From the IMG/VR virus record IMGVR_UViG_3300033562_000715: 64,000 bases of DNA; one strand, 5' to 3'. The DNA is from an uncultured virus (IMG/VR IMGVR_UViG_3300033562_000715). Its lineage: Duplodnaviria; Heunggongvirae; Uroviricota; Caudoviricetes. Under the pieces are notes generated by a model. That model was not told where the DNA came from. It worked only from the letters and a program-made list of their open reading frames with translations, and did not search any database. Of the stretch, positions 19,891 through 30,332 are shown piece by piece. Made by a program: the position numbers and the translations under genes. How positions within the stretch are numbered: the stretch's first letter is position 1; each line of letters starts with the position of its first letter.

Positions 19891-20904
19891 ATGGATTATT
19901 TTAGACATTCAGGTTTGGGTTTTCATGCGTATAAGTCCTTATTAATACACCAAGCATTAGCTGACTTAAAAGGGTATGCAATCTCTTGTCATAAAGGTTT
20001 ATGGGAAGAGGCACTTAATCTGAGTTACTTCCATATTATGGAGCATTTTGACTGGGATAGAGAAGTAGACTTATCTCATTATGCTACTAAAATTGTAAGA
20101 ACTATTATTATTGGTAAGGACTCTAAAGAGACTGGTGAAGAAGTTACCCTTTTAACAGCTATGGACAAGAAATCTTTTCAAGACAATTCTTATAACCCAT
20201 CAGAAATTTTAATTCCAAGTGGCTTAGACAGTGTTTCACTGGACTTAGAAGAGTGTATGGATTACTTAGTTCCTATGTTTGTACAAGATTACAAATTCTT
20301 TAAATCTAAAAAGGCAGAAGATAGAACTTTATCTTATACAGGTCTTTTTCAAAAGTTTTCAGACTATACAGTATTGGCATCAATGCAAGAGTTAGTTGCT
20401 CAGCATGGTGATGCAATGGAATATTTAACAGACTTAAAAAATAAATGTCATTTTAGAAACTTCCCTAAAGATAGGTACAAGAATGACTTAGATGAAACAA
20501 TCGAATATAGATGTATGTTTAAGGACGTACTAATTTATAAACGAATCTCAGGTAGAGCATCTAGGAAATTCTATCATATTGATTTAGAGGAGGTTTTATT
20601 ATGTCTTGTAGAGAGATTCTACTTAAGCAAGTTAACAAGGACTATACGAGGTGTACATGTTTATTGCTCTTTAAGTGGAAATCTTATATTAAATGAACAA
20701 GAATTAGTAGAATCCTTAGAGCGAGAAATGGTGGGTGCAATACTTGCTAGAACTCAGGGTACTAAGGTAATTTGTTATGAAGAAGGAAAAAATTTAGTAA
20801 TATCCTCTAGCAAAGACTTGTTGGAAGGTATAACCTTTAGTATAATTGGCGAAAATTTTGCCATAGAGGTAGAACAGTTAGTTTCTAGATGTGTAAACAA
20901 GTAG
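19891..20904 (+). CDS. protein with sigma-70 region 2-like N-terminus (putative sigma-like factor)
   Basis: EEALNLSYFHIMEHFDWDREVDLSHYATKIVR resembles region 2.2-2.3 (..FDPERGxKFSTYATxWIR). Confidence 0.45.
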   Translation: MDYFRHSGLGFHAYKSLLIHQALADLKGYAISCHKGLWEEALNLSYFHIMEHFDWDREVDLSHYATKIVRTIIIGKDSKETGEEVTLLTAMDKKSFQDNSYNPSEILIPSGLDSVSLDLEECMDYLVPMFVQDYKFFKSKKAEDRTLSYTGLFQKFSDYTVLASMQELVAQHGDAMEYLTDLKNKCHFRNFPKDRYKNDLDETIEYRCMFKDVLIYKRISGRASRKFYHIDLEEVLLCLVERFYLSKLTRTIRGVHVYCSLSGNLILNEQELVESLEREMVGAILARTQGTKVICYEEGKNLVISSSKDLLEGITFSIIGENFAIEVEQLVSRCVNK

Positions 20905-20917
20905 GAGGTATATTTAA

Positions 20918-23900
20918 TTGTTAAAGGGTATCTTTAAGTATGGTGGTTTCATATATGACTTGAGAGCTTATGATTTAGGTGATGCCATTACATTGTACTT
21001 ATCTTCACCAATGGTAAAGGGTAGAGTATTCTTAGATGGTGGTTTACCTGATGAAGAGGGCGAAATAGAACCAGCTACATGGTCTGACTTATATATTAGT
21101 ATAGGTGCAGGTAGTATGAAAGTTTCGAGTAGGCAACAAAAGATAGGTAAGACTATTTACAAGTCATTATTAAATACAGAAGCTTTAAGTAAATTAGGTC
21201 AAATTATTAGGGGTATGAAAGTTGGATGTTCTTCTAGTAACATGGAATTGGGTGGAGAGTTGTTTAATTCAGGTTTTACTCCAATGAAAACTATTCGTTA
21301 CACCTATCCAAATAATAGCTATATAGAAACAGAGGTAGGTGTTTTACAGGAACTTGAATATTATGGACCTAATGATGTATCTTTAAGGTTAACAGAAGAT
21401 TATACTTATTCAGAGAAAATATTTCAGGAAGATAAAACTCATCAAAAGCTAAAACTTGATTTATCTGAATTTGTAAAATATTCAGGTGTAGATGTGTCAT
21501 GGGACATGAGTGGAGATAGACTGTACACTTTGCAAGAGATTATAGAACGTAATCCAGATAAAGATTATGCATGGTTACAAGATAGAAAGTATCACGTAGT
21601 TACTGAAATAGAAGACGTTGAACGTGTTTGTAAACTTATATGGAATCACAAGGGATTAGTTGCTTTTGATACTGAGACAACAGGTCTTACAGTAAACCTT
21701 ACAAGTAGAAGAGGTGAGGGAGATAGGCTTGTTGGTATGGTTTTTGCTATTGAAGCAGGTGAAGCTTATTACTTTCCAGTTGCTCATAAGAAAATCAAGA
21801 ATATTTGCAATGAGGGTAATGAACAATTCATTATAGAGAAATACTTCAAACCTATATTAGAAAAGAAAGACTTACTCTGTCAGAATGGTTCTTATGACTG
21901 GAAAGTAATGCACAACTATGGTATCTGTATCAATATTGTACATGATTTATTAATTCTTATGAAAGTAACAATGTGGAATGACCACAGAAATATGTCTTTA
22001 GGTTTAAAACCAATGGAAAAGTTTGCATTGAATAAAGACAGTTTATCTCTTTCAGATTTCACTCAGGGTAAGTTTGGTGATGAGTTTAAGTTTTGGGACT
22101 TAGATGAAGAATCAACTAAATTTTATGCTTGTCCAGATACTGATTTACTATTAGAAGTATTCCAATGGGCAGTAGATTTAGACCTTTTAGGTCAGTATGA
22201 TGCACATAAAATTTATGAAATAGAAGTTTTATTTAGTATTGTAATAGCTTATCAAGAATACTATGGTCATTATGTAGATATGTCTAAGATTGATGAATTA
22301 GTAGAAGCAATTAAACAAGATAAAGAGGTATCTTATAAGAAGATGGTGGACTTCGTAGGTGTAGATTTTAACCCAAAATCTACTAAAGACTTACCAAACA
22401 TTTGTTTTAATATCTTAGATTTACCAGTAGTAGAGGTAACAGGTGCAGGAAACAATAGTACAGGTAAAGACACAAGAAAGTCTTGGTTACGCTCATCTGC
22501 TGTATCTGAAGAAAAGAAAGACTTTATTAAGAACTTAAATCGGTACTTAGATGCCAGAACACTTGAAAGTAACTTTACAAAGAACCTCAGTAAGTTTGCT
22601 ACAAATGACGGTTTAATGTTCTCTGAGGTGCATCAGTTTTTAGAGACAGGTCGTGTATCAACTAGTAACCCAAACTACCAAGGGTATAGTGATGTAGTTA
22701 AGAAATATGTTGGACCTAGACCAGGATTCTATGCAGGAGATGCAGATTATTCTTCAGTAGAGGCTCGTATCATGGTAAGTATGGCAGGTTGTAAGCCAAT
22801 GATAGAAAAGATGAGAGACCCTGATGCAGATTTTCATCGTCTAAAAGCATCTGACATGTTTGGAGTTCCTTATGAGTTAGTTACAGACCCACTACGTAAG
22901 ATGGCTAAAGGTGTTAACTTTGGTATCTTGTATGGTTTAGGAGACCCTAACTTGGGATTAGAATTATTTGGTAAAAAAACACCAGACAACACAAGAAAAG
23001 CTAAGAAGCAAAAGGCTCTTTACTTTGTGGGTATGGAAGAACTTAGAGGGTTTATTGAGACGGCTAAAGAACAGGGTATATCAAAACACTTCTCAACTAC
23101 TTACTTTAAGAGACGTAGGTATTATGACTTCAGGACTGTACGAAAAGATACCATTGAGCGTCAATCTTGTAATGCTAAGATACAGGGTACTGCAGCTGAT
23201 ATTTATAAACAAGCTATGGTAAGGTTATTTATAGATATAAAGAATCGTGGAATGATTGGTAAGTTTCTTATTTCAGCTTTTGTACATGATGAGGGTTTCT
23301 TTGAGATACATAAAAGCATTGACCCTATGTTAGCTTTAAGTATGACTAGTAAAGCTATGATGTTAGAAATTGATGATTGGTGTCCTTTGTACATTGGTGC
23401 AGGGTTTGGTAGAACATGGTATGAAGCTAAACATACTGAGATACCTATTCAAGTACAGCAAGAGTTCTTAAAACAGTATGGTGAGACTGGTTTAGATTGG
23501 TGGGATGGTGACACTGAGAAACTTAGTAACTGGATTGTGGGTAACATTCATAATTATAAAAGAGATAGGGTATTAAATTATCTTAGAGATAAGGGTAACT
23601 GGGGTAAAGTATTAAATCCAGTAGAAAATGAATTGGCTCACAGTCTTATGAGAGAAATTAAAGATGGTGAGATTATTGAGGGTTGTGTTGATACTAATGT
23701 AGACATTAAAGACGATATGTTAGAGAATTTACAAGAGTTTTGTAGGCTATTTAATTGTGTAGACTTGTTTGAGAATGCTGATGTAAGAAAGCCAGTATTA
23801 GAAGAAGAATCCTCTAATTTAGATAATGTTTCTTCTGAAGAACTGATGCAAGAGGATGATATTGACCCTAAACAGTTATTATTAGCTAGAATAAATATGT

Positions 23901-24136
23901 TAGGTGTATTTACAACACGTACTTCAAGAGGTTCAACTCTTTATATAAAGTATGATGATAATGACAAAACTTTAATGACTTTAGTAAACAATACTCTTAT
24001 TAAAGAACCAGGGGATGTGGAAGTAATTGCTATCAAGGATGATGGTAAGGAATATAGTACGGGTATTAAAACAAGTATGAAGGCTTATCCAAAATTACTT
24101 ACAATTTATGTTAGTAGACGTAATTTAGTTTATTAA
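20918..24136 (+). CDS. polA: family A DNA polymerase with 3'-5' exonuclease and long N- and C-terminal extensions
   Basis: Exo I FDTETTG, Exo II NGSYD, Exo III YACPD; motif A DYSSVEAR, motif B RKMAKGVNFGILYG, motif C VHDE. Confidence 0.95.
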   Translation: MLKGIFKYGGFIYDLRAYDLGDAITLYLSSPMVKGRVFLDGGLPDEEGEIEPATWSDLYISIGAGSMKVSSRQQKIGKTIYKSLLNTEALSKLGQIIRGMKVGCSSSNMELGGELFNSGFTPMKTIRYTYPNNSYIETEVGVLQELEYYGPNDVSLRLTEDYTYSEKIFQEDKTHQKLKLDLSEFVKYSGVDVSWDMSGDRLYTLQEIIERNPDKDYAWLQDRKYHVVTEIEDVERVCKLIWNHKGLVAFDTETTGLTVNLTSRRGEGDRLVGMVFAIEAGEAYYFPVAHKKIKNICNEGNEQFIIEKYFKPILEKKDLLCQNGSYDWKVMHNYGICINIVHDLLILMKVTMWNDHRNMSLGLKPMEKFALNKDSLSLSDFTQGKFGDEFKFWDLDEESTKFYACPDTDLLLEVFQWAVDLDLLGQYDAHKIYEIEVLFSIVIAYQEYYGHYVDMSKIDELVEAIKQDKEVSYKKMVDFVGVDFNPKSTKDLPNICFNILDLPVVEVTGAGNNSTGKDTRKSWLRSSAVSEEKKDFIKNLNRYLDARTLESNFTKNLSKFATNDGLMFSEVHQFLETGRVSTSNPNYQGYSDVVKKYVGPRPGFYAGDADYSSVEARIMVSMAGCKPMIEKMRDPDADFHRLKASDMFGVPYELVTDPLRKMAKGVNFGILYGLGDPNLGLELFGKKTPDNTRKAKKQKALYFVGMEELRGFIETAKEQGISKHFSTTYFKRRRYYDFRTVRKDTIERQSCNAKIQGTAADIYKQAMVRLFIDIKNRGMIGKFLISAFVHDEGFFEIHKSIDPMLALSMTSKAMMLEIDDWCPLYIGAGFGRTWYEAKHTEIPIQVQQEFLKQYGETGLDWWDGDTEKLSNWIVGNIHNYKRDRVLNYLRDKGNWGKVLNPVENELAHSLMREIKDGEIIEGCVDTNVDIKDDMLENLQEFCRLFNCVDLFENADVRKPVLEEESSNLDNVSSEELMQEDDIDPKQLLLARINMLGVFTTRTSRGSTLYIKYDDNDKTLMTLVNNTLIKEPGDVEVIAIKDDGKEYSTGIKTSMKAYPKLLTIYVSRRNLVY

Positions 24137-24146
24137 TTGAGGAAAG

Positions 24147-24533
24147 GTGGGACTTAATTTGGCTAGTGATTTTGAGTTTTATGGTGAGGAAGCGGACCAA
24201 GATACGGAACAAGTAGTAAGGGGTATTACAGATAAAGTTTCAGACTACACTTTCACAGATATGGGTTATCCTTGTATAATCTTTAAGGACGGTTTTACTT
24301 GTCCTAAACACCAATTAAAGGTTGTGTCAAACATGGTAAAATCTAATAGTGCTGACAAAGATGTAAATCTTTACTTTATTACTAAGGGTGAACTGTTTAA
24401 GATGGGGATGCTGAGTGGTATTCAAATAAGTGCTTTTCTTGAAGTTATTGGTTGTGATAAATTAACTGGGTTTTTAGACAAGAAAATTCGTCTTGAGAAC
24501 GACCGTCTATACACGCTCTGCACTGCTTATTAG
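24147..24533 (+). CDS. hypothetical protein, possibly resembling the DnaE C-terminal domain
   Basis: Directly follows polA; LKVVSNMVKS...DVNLYF...FLEVIGCDKL pattern. Confidence 0.6.
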   Translation: MGLNLASDFEFYGEEADQDTEQVVRGITDKVSDYTFTDMGYPCIIFKDGFTCPKHQLKVVSNMVKSNSADKDVNLYFITKGELFKMGMLSGIQISAFLEVIGCDKLTGFLDKKIRLENDRLYTLCTAY

Positions 24534-24552
24534 GATTTTTGTTCAGATTTGA

Positions 24553-24585
24553 GAAGTGTTGAATTTGCTGAGTTTGGCACTTCTT
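24553..24585 (+). terminator. hairpin, probable terminator after the polymerase operon
   Basis: AGAAGTGTTGAATTT-gct-GAGTTTGGCACTTCT inverted repeat with G-U pairs. Confidence 0.55.
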
Positions 24586-24802
24586 GTATGTTATGTAAAT
24601 AGCTTAGGATGTGCATTGATTTTTGTTCATTTTTAGTTCTTTTTGTCAGTGCGAGTGTGGTGTGGTATCAGTTTTATAGTTTCCCTATTTAAACTCATAC
24701 TTTAATTGATTTAGATCTAACTCTTTAGATTGCGTTGTATTATCAGTACAGATATTATATAATATATTTATAGGTAACTACATTATAGAAGGAGGTTTAC
24801 AT

Positions 24803-24904
24803 ATGATTAATATTATACTATGGGGTATAGGAATATTGGTTTCAGTATCTTTACTAATGATATTAGGTTTAACTGTTTCAGAACGTAGACAACTTATTAA
24901 ATAG
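24803..24904 (+). CDS. small membrane peptide (33 aa)
   Basis: GGAGGT RBS; MINIILWGIGILVSVSLLMILGLTVSERRQLIK. Confidence 0.6.
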   Translation: MINIILWGIGILVSVSLLMILGLTVSERRQLIK

Positions 24905-24915
24905 ATAACTATTAT

Positions 24916-25209
24916 TTGTGTTTTTTGAAAGGACGGGTAAAAGTGCCAGTACGTAAATTAAGAAGTGTAAATACAAATAAGGAATACAAAGAATTGAAAC
25001 GTAAATACAGATTATTAGAGCAACAAAATATAGACCAAAATATTACAATTATGCTACAAAAAGAACTAATGGATGTCATGGGTTATTGCATAGATGAAGC
25101 TGAATTAAAAGAACAGGAGAGGTCTTTTAACCTTTTTGTAAAAGTAGCAATTGTTTCTTTTATCTTAGCATGTACTATAGTTTTTATATTCAGAGACTTA
25201 TTATTTTAG
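24916..25209 (+). CDS. coiled-coil protein with C-terminal transmembrane helix
   Basis: VAIVSFILACTIVFIF hydrophobic tail. Confidence 0.6.
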   Translation: MCFLKGRVKVPVRKLRSVNTNKEYKELKRKYRLLEQQNIDQNITIMLQKELMDVMGYCIDEAELKEQERSFNLFVKVAIVSFILACTIVFIFRDLLF

Positions 25210-25421
25210 AGACCTTTAGGGTAAATAAGAATAAACTGTTAACCTATAAATATTTTTAAGATATAAGAAACTACTCGTTTTTGCTCTAGAATTACTGATT
25301 TCAAATAACTTAATATTGTTTTTAGTGTTCTTTAAAGAAAGGCTTATCATATAAATTATGGTAAGCCTTTCTTAATTTTATATAGAATACATATATCAAA
25401 ATAAATATTGGAGGAATTGAA

Positions 25422-26333
25422 ATGAGCGTAGATTATTTAGAGCAACTAAAAACGGATGGTGTGCACAAAGGCTATTATAACGTGGCTGAAGCAGTATTTA
25501 ACATGGGTAAATGTAAAACCCAAACTGAATTAATGGACTCTTTATTGGAAAAGAGTACTAAATTCAAATTTGATGAGTGCTTAACTTGTGAGCAATTAAT
25601 TACTCAAATACAGACTGTTATGAGTAACTTACTTTGGTTTGCGTATGCAGATTATCAAAATGGAGCTTTTGTTAGTAAATGCAATGACTTAGTATTTAAT
25701 CTAGAAAAAATGTGTAGTAATTTTGATTCTGTAGATGAATCAACCCAATTAATACTTCTTGAGAATGTTAAATTAATTAAAGCAGTATTAGTATATCAGG
25801 GTGCTAAAGGTTTGGATTTAAGTGGTTCATGCAGTCTTAAAGATATTAAGGAGGAATTAATAATTAATCCAGTATCCCAGATTGTATACAATAACTACTT
25901 AGGTTTAACTTTGAGAAAAGAAGCATCTGTTGTTCTTAGAAATGCTTGTAGCATAGAAGATGAAAGAGACCTCTCCTATGAATCTATGAGTAAAATGCTT
26001 GCATTTGAACAGTACACTAAGGAAGATATTGAAACAGTGGATATGTTAATACAAAAAGCCAGAGAGCACTTTGATATGGCTGCATTTTTAGCTGAACAAC
26101 TATCTGTTTGGGAAGGGTATCTTGAGTACAACTTGATCAGATTACGTGTAATGAGCTATCTAATTACACCTATCCACAAAGAAGACATCATAATCGGTAT
26201 AAGAGAAGTAGTAAACATCAGGAAAGTTCTCAGCTTGGTATTTAAAAAAGATGAATCCTATTTGGGTAAAATGTTTTTAGAGGAATATGAAGCAGCATTA
26301 AGTCTATATGCAAACTTTCAGAGTTTAGTTTAA
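25422..26333 (+). CDS. helical (TPR-like) hypothetical protein, stand-alone unit
   Basis: GGAGG RBS; flanked by hairpins near 25340-25372 and 26352-26384. Confidence 0.7.
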   Translation: MSVDYLEQLKTDGVHKGYYNVAEAVFNMGKCKTQTELMDSLLEKSTKFKFDECLTCEQLITQIQTVMSNLLWFAYADYQNGAFVSKCNDLVFNLEKMCSNFDSVDESTQLILLENVKLIKAVLVYQGAKGLDLSGSCSLKDIKEELIINPVSQIVYNNYLGLTLRKEASVVLRNACSIEDERDLSYESMSKMLAFEQYTKEDIETVDMLIQKAREHFDMAAFLAEQLSVWEGYLEYNLIRLRVMSYLITPIHKEDIIIGIREVVNIRKVLSLVFKKDESYLGKMFLEEYEAALSLYANFQSLV

Positions 26334-26351
26334 TATGCAAACAAAATTATT

Positions 26352-26384
26352 AAAGGTAACCCTTAACTATGGGTTACCTTTTTT
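26352..26384 (+). terminator. intrinsic terminator
   Basis: AAAGGTAACCC-loop-GGGTTACCTTT plus T-run. Confidence 0.75.
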
Positions 26385-26577
26385 AATATGGATGTTAATA
26401 CATTACAGAATATGTTAAAATAGCTGTATCATGTAAGGTCTTATTTAATTATCTATTTTATTTATTTTTTGTTGAGAGGCTCATTATGTAAGTTATAGTG
26501 ATTATTCTCCTAAATAGTATAGTATAATAGAAGTTAAATAATTTATGCACTGTTAGGTAGTGCAGAAGGAGATACTA

Positions 26578-28023
26578 ATGAACAAAATACAGAATTTGAA
26601 AGATGCTTACTTAGATGCACTTATAGATAATGTTGCACCAGATGGTTTTGAACTAGTTGACTTTGAACAACATAGAGAAGGTCTATGGGGTAAGCCAGAT
26701 ATATGTTTCTTTAGGGTATTTTCCCCAATAGGCGAGACATTAGAGATCCTTGGTAAAGATCTTATTATACCTTTACTAAGTGACATTTGTGCATTGGATG
26801 ATTCTCCTAACGGGTGCAAAGATGACATAATAGATAGTTTAAGAACTCAATCAGACCCTTTAAGAACTAGAAAGGGTACTATTACAAAAATCAATGCTCA
26901 AAACCCTTTTATTTGTGATTACAATTCTTTAATACTAAACACAGTTATGCCTGTTTTTACTTGTAAACGAATATTAGTTGATTCAAATGAAACTAAGTCA
27001 GTAGAAGAACAGTGGAAGTTTATACATAGGTATCCTACTGCATCTTCCTCACGTATTAGTGATGATGACTTTTCATTCTCTAGTAAAGATTTAAAGGGTG
27101 ACTGTTTAAAACTTGTAGACTTCTATGGTAAAGATAAAGCTTATTTATATAGAGAAGTAATTTCTTTAATGATTAAAGCAATTAAAGCTTTAAATAAGAC
27201 TCCTAATATGCCTGAAGTTATGGAGTTAACTTTTGTTTGTGGAGGACAAGAAGAGACTCTTAAATCAACAGTAGGTTTTATGTCGCTACCAGAATATACA
27301 TGTAAAGCTAAAAACTTTTGGGGAGGCTTTAACAGGTATTATACTCTTGGTTTAAGAGATATTTACCCAACGGGTATAACTTATTCTGAAGAGTACTCAA
27401 GGGTAGTATTTGCATGTGACCCATGGGTAGAAATGGATTCTTTTAGGTCAAATAAAATATTTACACTGGGAAGGGTTGACACTGATAGTTCTATTAATTT
27501 ATGTAGTAAAATAAAGCCAGTTCGCTCAGCAGGAAAAGCTATATCTACTATATTAGATTTATTAAGCACTGGTACAGACTTCTTTTTAAGCATAGACGGA
27601 AATACTGCTTGTGTGCTTAAAATTCCTGAGACTGCTTTAACAAGGTATACTAAACCTATTGGACCTTATGAAAGTTGGCTTGACATATTATCCATTGAGA
27701 AAGCTTACAGAGGTTATGCAAGTAAGTATTTGAGCTATGATTCCTTTATGAAGGTATTATCAGAAGGGGTATCTTCTTTTGATGATTATTATATGGAAAT
27801 TAAAGAGAATTTATCCAACGACTTAAGTGCACATAATACTAGAAGGCTCTTTGGTAAAGAATTAAGTGAATCTGATGCTCAATTAATATTTCTTGAGTGT
27901 TTTGATACTATTGAGTTTCAGGGTAATGATAAACTCATATTTGATGGAATAATTGAATATACTTATTATGGACTATGGAAGTATAACAATGAGGATAAGA
28001 AGTTTTATGTTTATTTAACCTAG
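26578..28023 (+). CDS. hypothetical protein
   Basis: ATG 26578 after AAGGAG; about 480 aa, no motif recognised. Confidence 0.75.
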   Translation: MNKIQNLKDAYLDALIDNVAPDGFELVDFEQHREGLWGKPDICFFRVFSPIGETLEILGKDLIIPLLSDICALDDSPNGCKDDIIDSLRTQSDPLRTRKGTITKINAQNPFICDYNSLILNTVMPVFTCKRILVDSNETKSVEEQWKFIHRYPTASSSRISDDDFSFSSKDLKGDCLKLVDFYGKDKAYLYREVISLMIKAIKALNKTPNMPEVMELTFVCGGQEETLKSTVGFMSLPEYTCKAKNFWGGFNRYYTLGLRDIYPTGITYSEEYSRVVFACDPWVEMDSFRSNKIFTLGRVDTDSSINLCSKIKPVRSAGKAISTILDLLSTGTDFFLSIDGNTACVLKIPETALTRYTKPIGPYESWLDILSIEKAYRGYASKYLSYDSFMKVLSEGVSSFDDYYMEIKENLSNDLSAHNTRRLFGKELSESDAQLIFLECFDTIEFQGNDKLIFDGIIEYTYYGLWKYNNEDKKFYVYLT

Positions 28024-28221
28024 TTTAGTAATCATTAATATAGGGTTTTCTTAGGTTTAGAAACCATTAAAATATTAAAATAGTATACGTGCAACAAGCA
28101 CAGAAGGAAACTAACTATGTGTAATGTTTACATTCTTTATTTAACATAAGTTGTCAGGTTGTTTAAGTGATGTTACAATAGTAGCATCACTTAATCTTTT
28201 TAGAACGTAGGGGGTAATATC

Positions 28222-28470
28222 ATGGAAGACAAACACAATTTATTATCAGGTTCTTTAGTTTTTAGGTATCAGATGTTAGGTAGATTAAAGTCAGATTGTG
28301 ACTACTACTTAGGTTTTGGTGGACGTTCTCCTAGAGTTCTTTGGGCACATGATGAGAAAGAACAAATACAATTAATGAGAATGTTGCATAAATCTTTTTC
28401 AAAAGAAGAAAAGCCTCAGTTTTTATCATTATCTCAAATCAATGCTTATGAGAAGGAAATGTGTAAATAG
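28222..28470 (+). CDS. LPD11 (large polyvalent protein-associated domain 11)-like protein
   Basis: FRYQMLGRLKSDCDYYLG...LWA...EEKPQFLS...I.AYEKEM matches the LPD11 pattern as recalled. Confidence 0.75.
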   Translation: MEDKHNLLSGSLVFRYQMLGRLKSDCDYYLGFGGRSPRVLWAHDEKEQIQLMRMLHKSFSKEEKPQFLSLSQINAYEKEMCK

Positions 28471-28562
28471 TTTAATTATTTTTGCAATTCACTTTCACTC
28501 TCTGTAAGACTATGTTATACTTATCTTAGTAGAAAATTTTGTATATTAAAGGAGGATTACTT

Positions 28563-28883
28563 ATGGCTCAGCAGGTTACATTTATAAATATTGAAAGTGA
28601 TTATGAAAATGTTATCACTGTAACGACAGGTGCAGTAACAGAAGAGGATGTTAGAGAAGAGGCTAACTCTTATGACTTTGATGGTAATATTAAAAGTTCG
28701 TATTACTGTTATAACATTGGCGAAGGTGAATCAGGTGCTGATGAATTCTTTACAGAAGATGAATTAAGAGACGCATTTGAAGCAGACCTATTACACAATG
28801 AAGATTTCTCAGTATTTTGTAACTCAAGAGGGTATGTAGCTGATGTATATGAACAGGGTATGTTCAATTTTTACATAGATTGA
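28563..28883 (+). CDS. acidic hypothetical protein
   Basis: GGAGG RBS; very D/E-rich; own promoter TATGTTATACT at 28511. Confidence 0.7.
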   Translation: MAQQVTFINIESDYENVITVTTGAVTEEDVREEANSYDFDGNIKSSYYCYNIGEGESGADEFFTEDELRDAFEADLLHNEDFSVFCNSRGYVADVYEQGMFNFYID

Positions 28884-28947
28884 TTATTTCGAAAGCAAGA
28901 TAGTCCATGCCAAGATTATCTTTGCTAATACATATATTTCACCCCCT

Positions 28948-28979
28948 AAAGCCCACTCTAAATAAAAGGAGTGGGTTTT
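28948..28979 (+). terminator. intrinsic terminator
   Basis: AAAGCCCACTC-loop-GAGTGGGTTTT. Confidence 0.65.
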
Positions 28980-29028
28980 AAATTATTTTCAGATATGTTA
29001 TAATATAATAGAATAGGAGGTCACTATT

Positions 29029-29340
29029 ATGTATAAACAGGATTATGTTATAATAAATTTAATAAGTAGAGAGAAAGAAGAAAAAACTTTGTTGAGATTC
29101 ATCAGTACAAAAATGCCTAATCAAAATGATTTGGTAAAAATATTAAAAGATAATAAGATGTATGGAACTAACTTTGTAACTTTTGAATGTTGTCAGATTA
29201 ATCATCCTTGTATAAAAGTTACTACAATACCTGAAGCCATTTTAGTTAACCTTATTTCAACAGGAGAAGACCCTATGGGAGGGTTAGGTATTAAATTTAC
29301 AAGTCCAGCAGTTGTTAAAACTCTTAAAATAGGAGTATAA
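29029..29340 (+). CDS. hypothetical protein
   Basis: GGAGGT RBS; promoter TATGTTATAAT at 28994. Confidence 0.7.
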   Translation: MYKQDYVIINLISREKEEKTLLRFISTKMPNQNDLVKILKDNKMYGTNFVTFECCQINHPCIKVTTIPEAILVNLISTGEDPMGGLGIKFTSPAVVKTLKIGV

Positions 29341-29361
29341 AAATAAAAGGAGGACATAATA

Positions 29362-30297
29362 ATGTCAAATATTTTATGTAAAGAAGAACTTTTAGCTAAG
29401 AAGGATAAGACTAGGGTATCAGGCTATGCTCTAATTCGTTCTTATAGCGAACAGCCTACTAAGAATGGTTCAACTTACTTATTGGGTAGCCTTGATGCAG
29501 TAGGGGAAGTACAATTCAAGATTTGGAAAGGTGCTTGTTTTGACAAAGTACTATTACAAGATTTACAGGGTAAAATATGTTTAATTGAAGCTGAAGTAAA
29601 TGAATTCAGTGGTACAAAGTCCTTGATAATTTCAGAAGCCAGCGAAGTTCCAGCTCAAATGCTTGAATCTTTAGACTTAAAAGAAAAAGACTTTGTTGTT
29701 AGTAAGTATGATGTAGATGCTTATTGGGTATCATTTTTTAATCTTGTTAGAAAGCACACTTCTGAAGAAGCTTTTAAGGTATTCTCATTATTAATGAATG
29801 AAGTAGAAGATTCTTTCAAAGAAGAATTTGCAGCAGTGTATCACCATGATAACTGTAGAGGTGGTTTACTCGCTCACTCTACAAAGGTTGTTAAACTATC
29901 TGCAATCATAACTATTTATCCTGAGATCTTAAAACGTGTTTCAAGTGATTTGCTATATGTGGGATCTGCTATCCACGATTTAGGGAAAGTTGTAGAATAC
30001 AGTAAGGGTTCTATTTCTAGCAAAGGTAAGATAGTATCTCACTTAGTCTTTGGATGTCTTATGATAGAGAAACACAGGGATGAAATAATTGAATTAAAGG
30101 GTGAAGATTTTTATTATTCATTACTTTCGATTATATCTCAACACCATGGAGAATATGGAGAAAGACCTAGAACTGTAGCAGCTTTGATTGTGCATCAGTT
30201 AGATTTAATTGAATCAAGTTTAACTTCTATTGAGACAGCATTAGAGTCTACACAAGAAGATGGACAGATTATGTATGATGGTTATAAATTAGTATAA
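29362..30297 (+). CDS. yhaM: YhaM/CBF1-like OB-fold plus HD-domain 3'-5' exonuclease
   Basis: N-terminal OB fold (TKNGSTYL, KIW); HHDNCRGGLLAHS, IHDLGK, SQHHG motifs. Confidence 0.85.
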   Translation: MSNILCKEELLAKKDKTRVSGYALIRSYSEQPTKNGSTYLLGSLDAVGEVQFKIWKGACFDKVLLQDLQGKICLIEAEVNEFSGTKSLIISEASEVPAQMLESLDLKEKDFVVSKYDVDAYWVSFFNLVRKHTSEEAFKVFSLLMNEVEDSFKEEFAAVYHHDNCRGGLLAHSTKVVKLSAIITIYPEILKRVSSDLLYVGSAIHDLGKVVEYSKGSISSKGKIVSHLVFGCLMIEKHRDEIIELKGEDFYYSLLSIISQHHGEYGERPRTVAALIVHQLDLIESSLTSIETALESTQEDGQIMYDGYKLV

Positions 30298-30332
30298 ATA
30301 AAGTATTCAGTACTTGAGAGGATGGAATTAAA

